DNA of 63,920 nt, filler included, from Rhabdomonas costata (lineage: Eukaryota): the NCBI GenBank assembly GCA_019059605.1. It is 38 parts of 38 records of this genome, joined end to end, with 100 filler letters (N's around TTAATTAATTAA, not from the genome) between each part and the next. Parts side by side here need not be neighbours in the genome. Positions count along the whole stretch, not along the records: positions 25,278 to 26,854 come from JAHMHO010012572.1; positions 26,955 to 28,538 come from JAHMHO010012573.1; positions 28,639 to 30,224 come from JAHMHO010012574.1; positions 30,325 to 31,909 come from JAHMHO010012575.1; positions 32,010 to 33,594 come from JAHMHO010012576.1; positions 33,695 to 35,279 come from JAHMHO010012577.1; positions 35,380 to 36,964 come from JAHMHO010012578.1; positions 37,065 to 38,649 come from JAHMHO010012579.1; 30 more parts are not named here. One strand, given 5' to 3'. The position numbers and the translations under genes were made by a program. The notes under the pieces are model-generated. The model was given only the letters and a program-made list of their open reading frames with translations. It did not search any database and was not told where the DNA came from. Of this stretch, positions 26,016 to 38,942 are shown in pieces; the stretch's first letter is position 1, and every line of letters begins with the position of its first letter.

Positions 26016-27298
26016 TGCCAGCACATTTTTTATAGCGTCGCTATAAGGAGAGCTCTGACCTTAATTCGTGTTCGTGTGCCTGCGTCCGGAAGCTAGTAGA
26101 GTCTAGTGCTCGTCCCGCTTCATTCGGGATGGTAAAGAACTCTGGGGTTAGATCCAGATGGGGGCGATAACCTGTTTATATTTGTATTCCAGAGGAAAGG
26201 GAAGTCGCAACAGTGCTATCAAGAACGATTCCACCCAGCCTGACTGCGAGAGTCACCCGTTCGCGGGCAGCAGTTGTGATGTCCCAAAGAAAGCATCTAA
26301 AGTGCAAGCCTCTGCGCACACTGCGGGTCTGAGGTCCCCACAACCTCCGCGTTCTCAGTGGCTGCAGGGGTAAATCGCATCGAACTGCACGAGAGAACGA
26401 AGTTCTCGCATACGTGAAAAAAGATCCTACTGTACACTGGGAACCGAGGGACCAAACCTGACCCTTGATATGGGGACGACGGTCATCTGCTCCCAAAAGA
26501 AACAGAAAGGCGCGTCTGAGCACACACACACACACCAGTAAACACGCAAGCTGACCAAGCACAACCACGGAGACCACAGACCTTCAATAAAGGAAAAAAG
26601 ACAAAAAGGACAAGCAAAGCGGCGTGAACTGAGCAAAACAAAAAGCTTTGCTTTACCATTTGAAGGTGTATGGGAAAGCGAGCAACACACCGACACGCGC
26701 ATACAGAAGAAAAGGACCCGAGGGATCAACGGAAGACACCAAAACTAACGCACTCTGGGAAGAAGAGAATGACCAGTTGAAAGCAATCAGCTCACTGGTC
26801 ACAGCCCCCCACCCCGACAAGTATGCATATAAAAACAAAACCAAACACACACAANNNNNNNNNNNNNNNNNNNNNNNNNNNNNNNNNNNNNNNNNNNNTT
26901 AATTAATTAANNNNNNNNNNNNNNNNNNNNNNNNNNNNNNNNNNNNNNNNNNNNGTTTTTGTGTCCCTGCCCTTCTTGCCAATCTTGAACGTGACCTGGG
27001 GGGTGGGGGAGCAGATAACCGGAGATGCGGAGGGGACATACATATGCACACTGAAATTACAGTCACGAGTTCGGAGAAATATAATGAAAGCTGTATGTTC
27101 TCACCGGTTGTTGACCTCATCGACGCTCGTTTGCGCACTTATTCCATCCCGGTGGTTTCTTATTTCCCTCTGATGATGGATGACGGCGGGGTCCAAGGCC
27201 AATGATATGACTGGTTCGCGAGTGTAACTACTATGCAGTGAATTACAAACATTGCTCGATGACAAAAGAAATCTTTGGCGAAGGATGGATTTATGGAC

Positions 27299-28379
27299 CG
27301 TGGTGGTGTTATCGGTGTCGTTGCGGGTGCAGTTCAGGGTGATGATGTGCCCCGCCTCGACGCTGATCTGGTACACCGCGCCGCCCTGCGGGGTGTGGAT
27401 GTGCACATCCCCGCTGCGGTAGAATGCCAGGGTGACACCCGCCCCAGGGTGCTTCGCAGGAGCCGTCCCTGAGCATGCACACAGCGTTCAACGTTAGAGG
27501 ACAGTTGACCCATAACGGTTTCGTTATATGAACCCACAACCTCGACCCCAAGGCCATTGAAACAAGAATCAGGAAAAGCGGAGACGAAACAACAGAAGCT
27601 GGGAGGACAATTACAAATTTTCATCCTAAAACCAAGCAAACATAAGATACCCTCACCCTAGAGGAAGATCTCCCCGCACCAGAAAAGACACACATACATT
27701 CGTCACTGAGCTGACGCGAAATCACTGAGGGTTGCGCTAAGAAAAACCAGACGTGTTGCGAGAAAAGAAGACGTGCATTGTGTGCAGTGGGCTTGCAACC
27801 GCGCTCGGTGTGCTCCAGAGGGGTCAGGTTGTCCGGGTTCAGAGGGGTGTCCGGGTCGCACACGTAGATCATTCCAATGCCCAAGCGCTCGACCCGGAAC
27901 TTCAGCTCCGTAGTTCCTGAATCCACCCAAGCCAAGAGGTAAGGGAAAGAGAGGGAGGGTTGCAAGAGGTTTGCATCAGAAAACAAATTTGCTGCGATCT
28001 AAAAAAACCAAGCAACACACAGGTACCCACCGAGAGTGCACACCGCCACACATAGCAACCCAGGGTCCCCAACCTACCCCAACACAACGACAACAGGCAT
28101 TCTGTTGTGCCTGGCAAAAGGACTCGCAAAAAACACCTTGCCAATGAAATCGGGGAGCGTAAAGAAAGACTCCCAGAACAGAATTTGACAGCGAGCGTGC
28201 GTGTGAGGGTGAGGAGGGAGGTGGCGACCCTTCGGGGGCTCGCCCACGTAGCACAGGAAGCTGCCCTCAGGCTCGTCACCCTCGTTGGCACACTTTGCGA
28301 TGGTGTTGTCGTTGGAGAGATGAATCTCGGGGTGGCAGCCTTCGGGGTCGAATTTTGGGGTCCACTGCGTGTCTGGTTG
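27299..28379 (-). CDS. SPRY/B30.2- or neuralized-like beta-domain protein (3 internal exons)
   Basis: Exons 28379-28229, 27916-27800 and 27468-27299 join in frame through phase-1 GT-AG introns. FDPEGCHPEIHLSNDNTIA resembles the PRY/SPRY start. The exon structure is firm; the family is tentative. Confidence 0.6.
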
Positions 28380-28996
28380 CTACGGAAAGGAGCATCGAAC
28401 ATTGCAACGTAACAATAAAAGGGCACTGAGTTTCGTTTCCCCATCGAGGGCAAGGAAGGACACAACAAAACGAGGCAAAGTGCTTCGCTCAGATGGCTAC
28501 ACATGATGCATAGCAACCCAACACCAAACACACCCACCNNNNNNNNNNNNNNNNNNNNNNNNNNNNNNNNNNNNNNNNNNNNTTAATTAATTAANNNNNN
28601 NNNNNNNNNNNNNNNNNNNNNNNNNNNNNNNNNNNNNNCAATTTCGAAAGGCTGGGATGTGGGCAGACGAGTTGGGACAGCATCAGTTTGGGGCAAAGGT
28701 CAGCAACAGAACGCGGCGGCCAGAGCGGTCCGCCGCGCAGTGGAGCGCGCGGCCTGGGGGGAAAGGTGATCTGGGGGCCTTCAAGGACAAACATTCTCCT
28801 CCAGAAAAAAATGGACGTTTGGTAGTACCCTTCGGCTTCAGGTAACTCTTCGGCTTCAGCTATGTTCGTCATCATTTGGGAATCGGAAGTCGAATTAAAC
28901 ATCGCTGTGATTCGACGCAACACAAGCAGGTGGGCGGTGGTGTGTGTGGTGGTGGTGGTGGTCGTTAAAACAATTACGGCTGCCCCTCCCAAAAAC

Positions 28997-29151
28997 CATG
29001 CATCTGGGCGCTGCGGGAGGGCCTCTACAAGATCGGTGCTATCCTGTGGGGCGACGGTGGTGTCCTGTGATCCGTGGACAACGACCATCCCCACGGGGGA
29101 GGAAAGCCCCCGAAGGTCGTAGGGCGCGGGGTGCCGGGCCATACGGGCCAC
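28997..29151 (-). CDS. Alpha/beta-hydrolase (acid-lipase-like) exon
   Basis: PAPYDLRGLSSPVGMVVVHGSQDTTVAPQDSTDLVEALP fits the catalytic-Asp region G..D..v.p.D...L...LP; AG/GT-bounded. Confidence 0.65.
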
Positions 29152-30690
29152 CTGGGAAGTTTGAAATAGGGAAGGCCAAGGTAAGAGCCCAATCCGCATA
29201 GCACTCTCAGAATCGACAAAAACTAGACAAAGGCTCAACGTTTTTGGCGTGGTGCTGACAAGCGCAAGAACACACCCAATAAATACACTTTACAGAAATT
29301 GAAAACGGCGATGGGAGATGCGAGAAAGAGAAGAATCAGACCTAATCCCTGAGGAGTTGATGGCAATGTAAGGTACACACAGCAACTGCGATTTGTAGTA
29401 CTGCAATCTGTTCTTGTAAGCGCTGAAGCTTTTCGCCATTTTCCGACACAAATTCGCCAGGCAAAGTTCCCCTTGTCATGGCAGCCACCAAATCCTTCCA
29501 ATAGACCTGCAATAACCGATGCTGAAAAGCAGTGACTCGTGCCCGTGTCATGTGCACAGAGCATACACACTTGGTGCGCAGGTGGCAAGGATGAATTTTT
29601 CTGGGGAGAACATTAACGCCAATCGGGGTTCCCAAGGCCCCGCGTACACTCTGGATTGGGAGTCACAAGGGATAAGCCAACCCGTTACAAGACGTTACGT
29701 TACAAGACAGCGGGACAAGGTAACATGGGCCGACAAGGGTGTGAGGTTCGATGGGCCCATGCCCATCGAAAGGTGGGAGCCCAGGGGGGAAGTGGACCTC
29801 GCTATTGCCCTTGTGGGTTGGGGTCCTCCATCCCACTCCGGGCTTGGATCCGATTTCCTGGTGGACAGGTTTGGTTACCTTACTCTTTCCCTGCTGCCAT
29901 CTGGATTTCTCTCCATTCTCCACTTGCCCGGGCATCCCTTCGTGCCTTGTGGGCCCTCCGTATTGCTTCCTCACTCCTTCTCTGGTCTCCAACTTCTCGC
30001 TGCTATTACCCTTCTCTCGTGCTGAACCGGGCTGTTCCTGTCCCACCGCAGGCTTTCCGCTCCTCGCGGCGACTCGCAACTTCTTGAGGACTCCTTTTCT
30101 CGCCTGATCCAGCCTGCCCTCAAACCGAGGTCTGTGGTTCTCTCCACCTCGCGCCCCACGGTCCATTCCAACATTCCTCTGCATCCGGCCCCTGCAATGT
30201 GCTCATCGTCCCATCCCAGAACCCNNNNNNNNNNNNNNNNNNNNNNNNNNNNNNNNNNNNNNNNNNNNTTAATTAATTAANNNNNNNNNNNNNNNNNNNN
30301 NNNNNNNNNNNNNNNNNNNNNNNNTTGTTTTTTTTTTGCATTCCTCCTGGATCTCGCGTGGCTTTGTGTAAATTCTTTGTTTTATGCCGAACCCCAGTAG
30401 TTGCAGAACTCATGTTCCTGAGCCGCAGGTGTCGCGACTTTTTCGCCCAACAAAAGCAAACAAAACAAAGCCACGGTGGGACACAGCGTAGGCAGCTTCT
30501 AGACGATGCCCTCCAAAAGCGTTTTTACTTAAGAAGCGATATTTCTGGTAAGGTTGGCGAGCGATGTCCACTTTCATTCTGGCTTCGAACATTTTTCCGT
30601 GTTCTTCTCTCCAGCGTTCGGCCTATTTTAGAAACGGACTGCCCGGCCAAAGGGGAGGGAGAGTGAGTTAGTAGAGGTTGTGAAGGGCAC

Positions 30691-31617
30691 CGGAAGGCAG
30701 AGGAGGCGGGATTGTGCTTCTGGGAAGGCAGCTTGGGGTCGTACGCCGTCGCCGCGGGGCCCTCCACCCTGGGATCGGGCAACTTCTGCGAGGTGGACCT
30801 TTGCAGAAAGCAGGGGCAAGGTTCAGATACGGATTCACGCATACGCTTCACGGACGACGCGATAACGATGTCACTGATACACGTATGGTGCATTTGTTGG
30901 GATCTAAACAAGTCCGTTCGCACACTAAACTGGGAAAACAAAAGAGAAATCTGCGCTAACCTCAATTTGTATCGCATTTGTCTCCAACTGTTGATAAGAA
31001 AGATTTGCTTTGTGCACTGTAATTATTCAGGTGACGAAAATTGATATGCATACCGGGGGAAATCAGTTGAACCATCCCATGGAGGAAGATTTCCCCCAAT
31101 CCAAGGGTCCCCTCTCAAGTCCATACGATGCAGTAAAGCCAAGGTTGGCGAAGGCACACTGATCGGGATATTGGGGTACTGGGACATGGATATTATGAAT
31201 TTTCCCCGCCACCCACACAGGCCACGACAGACAATCAAGACACATCTATCATGGATCTAAACAGAAGTTGTCTTTAATCCGCGCACATACACATACTTTC
31301 CTGGCGCGTTTTTTTTCAACACCTGCTACTTCCTTCCTAGCTCTTTCCGGTTTGCTTTGCCTTGAGATTCTTCTGTTCTGTGGTGGACAGTTGTTTGCTG
31401 CAACTTCCGTGTCCCCTCTTCTCCAAAAAAAAAGTTTTAGGAACACTATGCACAGTGGCACACCATTATGAAAAAAAAAGCGGTAAGCCATTATGGAAAA
31501 AATACGCACCGGAAGCTGACGGTGGTGGAGGCTTGCCTGGAGCTGACGGGGTGAGGGTCGTACGCCGTGGCAGCGGGGCCCTCGGCCTTGCCCTCCTGCA
31601 GCTTCTCTGAGGTGGAG
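30691..31617 (-). CDS. SHIPPO/STPG-like repeat protein (likely flagellar microtubule-associated), two repeat exons
   Basis: Exons 31617-31510 and 30798-30691, each 108 nt and phase 2-2, both encode STS.KL.....EGPAATAYDP..........FR. Confidence 0.65.
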
Positions 31618-32439
31618 CTGTTAAAGAAAACAAATAGAGCAGGCGGTGATAAGGGCGAGGAGAAGAATGAACAGGTAAACAAAAGTCTCTGCTTTCGATG
31701 ACAAACCCGAACAAAGTTGGAGACACAGACGCACACGCACGCACATACACACTAGGATGCACCTGTTCCCTTGAAATAATCGGCACTCTTTCACCACTGA
31801 ACCTTTTTTTCTTTAAAGCTCCTTTTTGTGGTCATTTGACACTTTATGATGTCCAGGACCTGTGCAGTGACGAAACAAAGGTCCGAGAGTGGCTAACAGG
31901 TTATGGGGTNNNNNNNNNNNNNNNNNNNNNNNNNNNNNNNNNNNNNNNNNNNNTTAATTAATTAANNNNNNNNNNNNNNNNNNNNNNNNNNNNNNNNNNN
32001 NNNNNNNNNAGCACTGTATATTTTGCCGGGCGCCATCGGGGCTATTGCATTGACTTCCTCATACGATAGAGAGAACGGAGCTAAACCACAGAATTCCGGG
32101 TTTGGAAAAATGGGATCGGGAGGAACAGTTCCGCGCACCAGTCGTCCTGCTTTGCGCTGCGAAGGTACCACAGCGTCTGCGAGTTGCAATTCTTCTTGCT
32201 GAACATGATGAACTCGTTGCCACGGATCTTCATCAGGAAGGACACCCACGGGCCGTGCCACTTGTCGCAGGTGTCCCCGAATACCGTGGCGAACTCTCCG
32301 GGGCAGTTGCTCTTCGTCAGATTCGCCAGGCGCTCACTGTTCATTGAGCCCTGGTGGGAGTTCTACGGCGGTAAAAAAAAAGAGCCCCAGAGGAGGGGAG
32401 GGGTGGATAGCTGGGGAGGCAGGCATGCTGTATACTCAC

Positions 32440-33059
32440 CTCCCTTTCGGCCGCCTGTCTCTCGTTCTTCTGCTCCTCTGTGGTTGCGGGCTTGAACGGC
32501 AGGCGCTTCAGGACGTAGAGCTGCGACGTGGGTAGGTGCCGAGCCAAGTACACCTGAAGGACAACATCGGAAAGAGAAGGAATAGTGAGAATCAGAACAG
32601 GCGACTCGCCTGCTATGCGGTTTCCATTCACTTCAATGAATTTTGCCAACTGCAGGACACATTTTTCCACGTGACAGTGCTGCGCACCAGTGTAATGCAT
32701 TCTCAGGCAGCGCGGTGTGCTTCAATAGAAAATAAGGACTTTGCCATATTTCCATATTTCCATATGTCACATTGCAGAAATGTCCTGTGATGACAGCGGG
32801 TGCAGGCGTAGCCAACGAACCGCGCTCGATCTGAAATATTCCTCGTCTCTTGACAACAACGACTACGAAACTCAAACATAAACACAATTGGAAGTCGAAA
32901 AACCAAAAAATGCCACCTGAAGAGCTTGCAATGCATGAGAAGCGTCGACACTTACATAATTCCGCACACAACACTCCAGTAACCCAGAACCTCTGCAAAG
33001 GCACCGCGGCCAAGCAGGCGAATCGGCTTGTACTCTGCAGCAATAGCACGGTTGTTCAT
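32440..33059 (-). CDS. Ser/Thr protein kinase (NEK-like), N-lobe
   Basis: Exons 33059-32991 and 32553-32440: MNNRAIAAEYKPIRLLGRGAFAE|VYLARHLPTSQLYVLKRL...ERQAAERE (subdomains I-III). Confidence 0.85.
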
Positions 33060-34504
33060 CTTGTCGGGCTTTTTTAGGCGCTAAACCACCCAAAGGCCGC
33101 GGGAAACCCTGAGTGAAGGACCGAAGGGAATGTGGTGAGGGGAGAGGGGTCCAACGACAAGCGAGTCGGCTTGCCCCTTAAGAGTTAAGAGAGCCGATTG
33201 TGCCACTCAATTTCATTCTTGAAAACAATAGCAGCGATGAGGCCAGGCACAGGGCAAAACCAAGTGAGAGAAGTGAGAGAGAAAAGCTCAGCTCTCCCCG
33301 AGCACGGAGCGCCCTGGGATCCAGTTCACATCGAAACAAAGCAGTCCAAAAAACACAAATCAGCTGAAGACGTCTGCGCGGAAAAGGAATTCAGGGTACA
33401 GAGCGCTTTCATTCGCTGAGAGATTACACCGGCCAACGCCCGAGCAAGAGGAACACTGAAGAGCAACACCTGCGATTCCAATACAAAGGAGTACGTGGGT
33501 GCTATGATTCTCTTTTACACATCATGAAACGCACCGCATATCTTAAGAATCTTGGAAAGGTATTAGGAGGCCAAATCTTACGAAACACACAACANNNNNN
33601 NNNNNNNNNNNNNNNNNNNNNNNNNNNNNNNNNNNNNNTTAATTAATTAANNNNNNNNNNNNNNNNNNNNNNNNNNNNNNNNNNNNNNNNNNNNGCGCCA
33701 GCTGCGTGGGCATGTGCGAGGCCTTTGGGTGGCACGGGTACCAGGGCCTCTGCACGGTGTCTCACTTTGTTGCCCCTTCGGGCTCACCTGGGGGCCCGTG
33801 GACGACGAAAGTCATCGGGGATGCTTCGCACCTGTCAGACAAGACGAACTTACGGGCCTGGTAGCTTGGCAATGCCTTCTGGTGAATGCCTTACCATGAG
33901 CTCAATTTTGCCGCTTCCCTTCCCGACATAGCCACTCGCGAAGCCCTTTTTAGGTGTCTGAAAAGCTAAGGAGGGTCCGTGCAATGGCGGACCTCTTCGG
34001 TTCGCGGCAGACAAATGGGCAGACGTTCGCCCACGCTACACTCGAGTTCAAGCCCGCACATGCGGTGGCGGAATGTGTGTCAATGAGGGCTGTACGGGCT
34101 CTGACTTTGTGGTTCACCTAACGGAGCTTTCTTTGTGTGCTGGCGTTGACCTCCGTTGTCTTTCTAACCAGCGCAAGCCACCGCTAACCGCCGGTCGGTG
34201 CGAAGCAAAATTCTGAGTGGTCACTCCCGGATTCCAGATCACGTTGGTCTTCACGTGAGCGCGTTACTGAGCTGTTAGCGTGGTGGAAGCTTCAATGAAA
34301 TGGTCGCGTTGCTGAAGAAGGGTGGGTGGTGTGTAGTGTCACGTTTCCGGAAATTGGCTTTGATATAACTTGTCTGCAACACTCAGAGATGGGAAAATGG
34401 CGTGCCTGTTTATTTGGAATGCTTTGACTGAAGGGAAGCCGAGTGAAATAGCACGTGTGCGGCTTCGATGTTTCGGTTCATTCTTTCAGCCTCACAACAC
34501 AAAA

Positions 34505-35113
34505 ATGACGACGGAAGACAAGCAATACACCATGTTGCCCGCGGAGAGGTGTGCTATTTCTGTTAGGGATTCCCTTTTTGGTCTCTAAATTTTCATGATT
34601 CAGTTGTCGCTGCAATTTTTCGGCAGCTAATCGCACAACCCTATACTACTCTTCTCTCAAGTTTTTTCGCTTATCCCCACCCGTTTTTATATCTCTTTTC
34701 CTTTTTTCCGTGTCTTTTGCCGCACTCACCTGGATATTTCGTGTCATTCACTCATTCGCTCTTACCTGGGCCCATTTTCGTGGACTTTTGCGATTGTCTC
34801 AACTTCCAAACCAGCGCATTTCTTCAAACAATGTGCCTGCATCGGACACTCAGATCAGATATCCTTGCTGTCACCACCGACATCCACATCCACTTGCGAT
34901 TTCTTCAGTGCGTCTGTGCTCAATCCCAACTCGGTCTACTCCGGTGCCTCGATATGCAACTCCTCGGTGTACATCTCTCAAGAGACCTCCAGGCTGCTGT
35001 TCGCCACGAAGAAAGGGGACATTGCCACGATGCAGCGCCTGATCAAAGAGATCGGGGTCAACGCCTCCGATTACGACCGCAGGACTGCCCTGCACATCGC
35101 GTGCGCGGAAGGG
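34505..35113 (+). CDS. Ankyrin-repeat protein, N-terminal exons
   Basis: Exons 34505-34548 and 34909-~35113 join in frame: TSRLLFATKKGDIATMQRLIKEIGVNASDYDRRTALHIACAEG. Confidence 0.8.
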
Positions 35114-36624
35114 AAGGAACATTATGTACTCCGAATGGTTTTGTGGTTCGCTACTCTGAGTGAGGTCTGAGGTGGGGTTATGGGCTTTTTCGGTTGAGGT
35201 TAACCTTGTTCACCTTGAGGCAGGTTATTTTTTCTGAGCATCTCTCTCTTTTCAGCACTCAGCGTAGCGAAACACAAACNNNNNNNNNNNNNNNNNNNNN
35301 NNNNNNNNNNNNNNNNNNNNNNNTTAATTAATTAANNNNNNNNNNNNNNNNNNNNNNNNNNNNNNNNNNNNNNNNNNNNTGTTGTGTGTCTTTTTATCTC
35401 TTTACTCAATAATTGGACTTTTCAAACATGAATGTCTCCAAGTTTGAAAAGTCCAATTATTGAGTAAAGAGATAAAAAGACAGAGAATGAGAAGACGCCA
35501 AGGAGAACTGTGAATGCGCAAGCTGGGGTTGACTTTTCATTGGGACCTTGTTTGATTCACCTCGCTTGAAAAGGTAGACGGGTTGGAAAAGTATGTGTTT
35601 GCTGCCTGTATGATATACTATGCTTCCTCCGTCTTGGCCCTCACGACGCAGATCTTGCCGTGATGACCTTCTGCTAGATTCCGCACTTCTCATTTCCCGA
35701 GAAGGGTGAGCCTGTGAAAATTAGCTGGAAGGGGTTCTTAGTTCCTTAAGGAGACCGACGCTGCTGGGCGTCATCGCTGACTCCTGCCCACACCCTTTCT
35801 TCTGCATGAATGATAGCTCTCACCACGGACTGATGATGGTGGAGCACGCCGTGGATTGGTTGTTATGTCGTTGGCTGAGCGCTGCGCTGAGTGAATTTTA
35901 TTACGATTTCATCCTACGATGTGATGTTTTTGGTTTGGATCCTTTTGAGGTTTCAGGACAGAGAATCCCCTTTTATCTGGAATAGGAAGGAAGGCGTATC
36001 TCAGCACTCGAGTGAACTCGGATATGATTTCCATGCAAAAGTCATCGGAAACTCCGCGGTGGACTCGCCCGCATCAAATGCCGCATTGATGTGAATCATT
36101 TTGATTATCAATCACCGCAAGGAAGGGTTGAACAGATCGGCTACGTCTCCGGCAGCGGAAGCCCAAAATTGCTGACGATCGAAAGCGAGGCACACGACTG
36201 GACACGCGCCTTCTACGACGATTCAAACGGTCGCAAGATAAAGTTTTTAAGGGTTTAAGGTTTTAAGCATTATTGAGGAAAAACTTCGCAAATTTGTTCC
36301 TGAATGTCTTCTTCGGGACCCTACTAAGTACGGACAGACCACGAGCAATGCCAAATAAAGGACTTTCCGAGAACTACACACCACTCCGCATATGTCCGGA
36401 TGGTCTCTGTTTCGTAAAAACGCGGCCAAGTGGAACTGTGGCCCATAAAAGGGGACATCATTTTAAGACCCGGGTCAAGGCTCATATCCCCCCTTTCACC
36501 TTTTCAGTGGTTTCAGTGTTGCGCCGGATTTTCCGGCTGTGGTGGGACCACCTCGTCGCCCAAGGGCTTCTCGCAGCCCTGCCCGCGCCCTCTTTCTCTC
36601 ATCATCTTTTCTGCTGCATCGTGA

Positions 36625-36793
36625 ATGGCCTTGTGTGACGCTGGGCCATGGTCACGGCTGTCACCCCCCTTGAGCGAGGCCTCGCTGCGGTATGTGGAGC
36701 AGCAGCGAGGCTTCAAGGCAATGGCCCCGGTGCAGGCGGCGACCATTCCCCTGTTGCTCCAGCACCAGGACGTAGTCGTGGAGGCCGTGACAG
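36625..36793 (+). CDS. DDX55: DEAD-box RNA helicase DDX55/Spb4, first exon
   Basis: W..LSPPLS...GFKAMAPVQAATIPLLLQHQDVVVEAVTG (Q motif leading into motif I, EAVTGSGKT); donor G|GTGCGA. Confidence 0.85.
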
Positions 36794-38942
36794 GTGCGAC
36801 GCAAACGTGTCATCCGCAGTTTTCGTTTTCTTGTGAATAGTACTGGAATATGGGGCGGACCATCTCTCCCATGTCTCTTTTTGAACGGTCTCCACAATTC
36901 ATCCTGCTTCGTCACTTGGGATACCAGTTATAAAAGAGACATGGGAGAGATGGTCCGCCCCACANNNNNNNNNNNNNNNNNNNNNNNNNNNNNNNNNNNN
37001 NNNNNNNNTTAATTAATTAANNNNNNNNNNNNNNNNNNNNNNNNNNNNNNNNNNNNNNNNNNNNTGTCTCGCGAGGCCAGAACTGGGTCACCCGCCTCAG
37101 CAGCGTCCGGCGTGGTGGCACATCTCTCCACCCCCACTCCAGTAGCAGAATTACTAATTATGTTCATTGAGTTGCACCATTTCCATGGTGCGTGCATGTT
37201 GTAGCCCGAATTCGAGTGTAGGGTTAGGTTTGCCGGTTTGCTGGTTTGCTGGCTTTCGGTTTCCCCTTTGCACACATTCTTCGCAGGTCCCTCCCGAGAA
37301 AGTTGCTCCTGAGGTGTGATTGATTATTAATATTTCGTGCGGACCTGCGTGACAGATGGCAAAACTCTTGCGAGTTACGTTTTCTTTGTGGAGTATCAAT
37401 TTAATCCGCTTCTAGCATAAAGGGTCCACTGGTCAGCGAAAAGCAGTGTTTTAATAGCAGTGTGAAATACCTGAATTACCAAACGGAATTGGATAGGTGA
37501 GAGCTACCACTGAAAAGTTTGTGTGTGCATAGCCCCAGCGAAGGACATGTCAAGGAGCTGACGTGTTGACGTGTTGTTTGTCAACAATCCATGAACAGAA
37601 GCGCATATCATTTGCCCAGAGGTGCGTGTGAGCGGTGTCATGAAAACAATGCAGATTGGGTTTTCGCCCGACCTGGCGATCCCTGCGCTAAAGCTTTAAA
37701 GCATTAAACGTTTAGCTCTGCTACACTGCTATGCGGTCATAAGTTGTGTGACTCCAATTAATTCTAATCTCTGTCCAGGGGGCGGAAAAACACCATACTC
37801 TACCCCATTTTGGTTGCCACAGTTTACCTGATCCCATGCACTAAATGAACATTACCGTCAAAAAAAGAGACCCGTTCGGTCGTTTAGCACTTCCAAACCG
37901 AGCAGCACTGTCTCATTTGTCTCCCAATTGTCTGCCAAACCAAGCGACGACAACTCCGCAAAACAAAAATCTGCAAAAGCTAAAACCGGTGTTGTGTTTA
38001 ACGTTTAAAGGCCCCCCCCCCCGATTCAAGAAAGCAATGCAATTGTCCCGAATTAGGGAATGCGGGAGAACTTATGCTGAGAAGTTTCTTTGTGTGTATG
38101 CCGCGCTTGAGAAAGAAACGCGTGCTGGCTTGTTGGTTGTCCGTCATGTATTGCACAGAAACGCGCGCCTTTTGCAATGGGGCCCACAGGTGGTGTGATC
38201 GCGCGGGCGTTCTCATGAAACTGATGAAGATGGGTATTTCGAGGGACTTGGCGATCTTGGCGTTGAAGTTGACCACGGTTCTGCATTTTGCCCGCTTGCT
38301 CCGCTTGCTTACTTTTCGTGACCTTTCCTTTGTATTCGCCGTGCTCTTTCACCCACCGACCGAATCGGCAGTTATAATGGGCCTGTTGTTTTAATTTTCT
38401 CGATATTTTGGGCAAATCCAGTGGCGATAAGCCTTCCCGGCGGACCCCAAATACCATGTCATTGTTCGCAGCGTTTCTTTAGTTCCCGTTAATTACAGTG
38501 TGGGAGGTACGGCAGAGAGCGTATGCAGTGGAGGTGCTCCTGCGTAGCGGCTCCCTAAAGATCCCGCTCTGCTGTAACCCAAACCGTTCACAAAACCCAT
38601 TCCACACCACAAGACTCAATCACCCCCCACCCCCAACCACACCCAACACNNNNNNNNNNNNNNNNNNNNNNNNNNNNNNNNNNNNNNNNNNNNTTAATTA
38701 ATTAANNNNNNNNNNNNNNNNNNNNNNNNNNNNNNNNNNNNNNNNNNNNGTTGGGGGGTTCGCTGCGCAGTTAAATCGGAAAAAGAATCCATCCGTCGAA
38801 TAAATCACGGACACCTCGGTGAATTCGCTGGAAAACTTTTCCACCACCTCTTTGCTGGTATAATCAATCTGTTGACAACATCGCGAAACAAAAACATAGT
38901 GGCTTCACTTTGCTGGAAAATTGTAGCCACTTCTGAACAAAC

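Noticed and set aside
29960-30224. Non-LTR retrotransposon ORF2 C-terminus (EHI...C)
   Set aside because: Only a vague motif, with no RT or endonuclease signature.
38210-38285. Phosphate acetyltransferase-like FNAKIAKSLEIP peptide (minus strand)
   Set aside because: Too short, and no consistent exon chain could be built.
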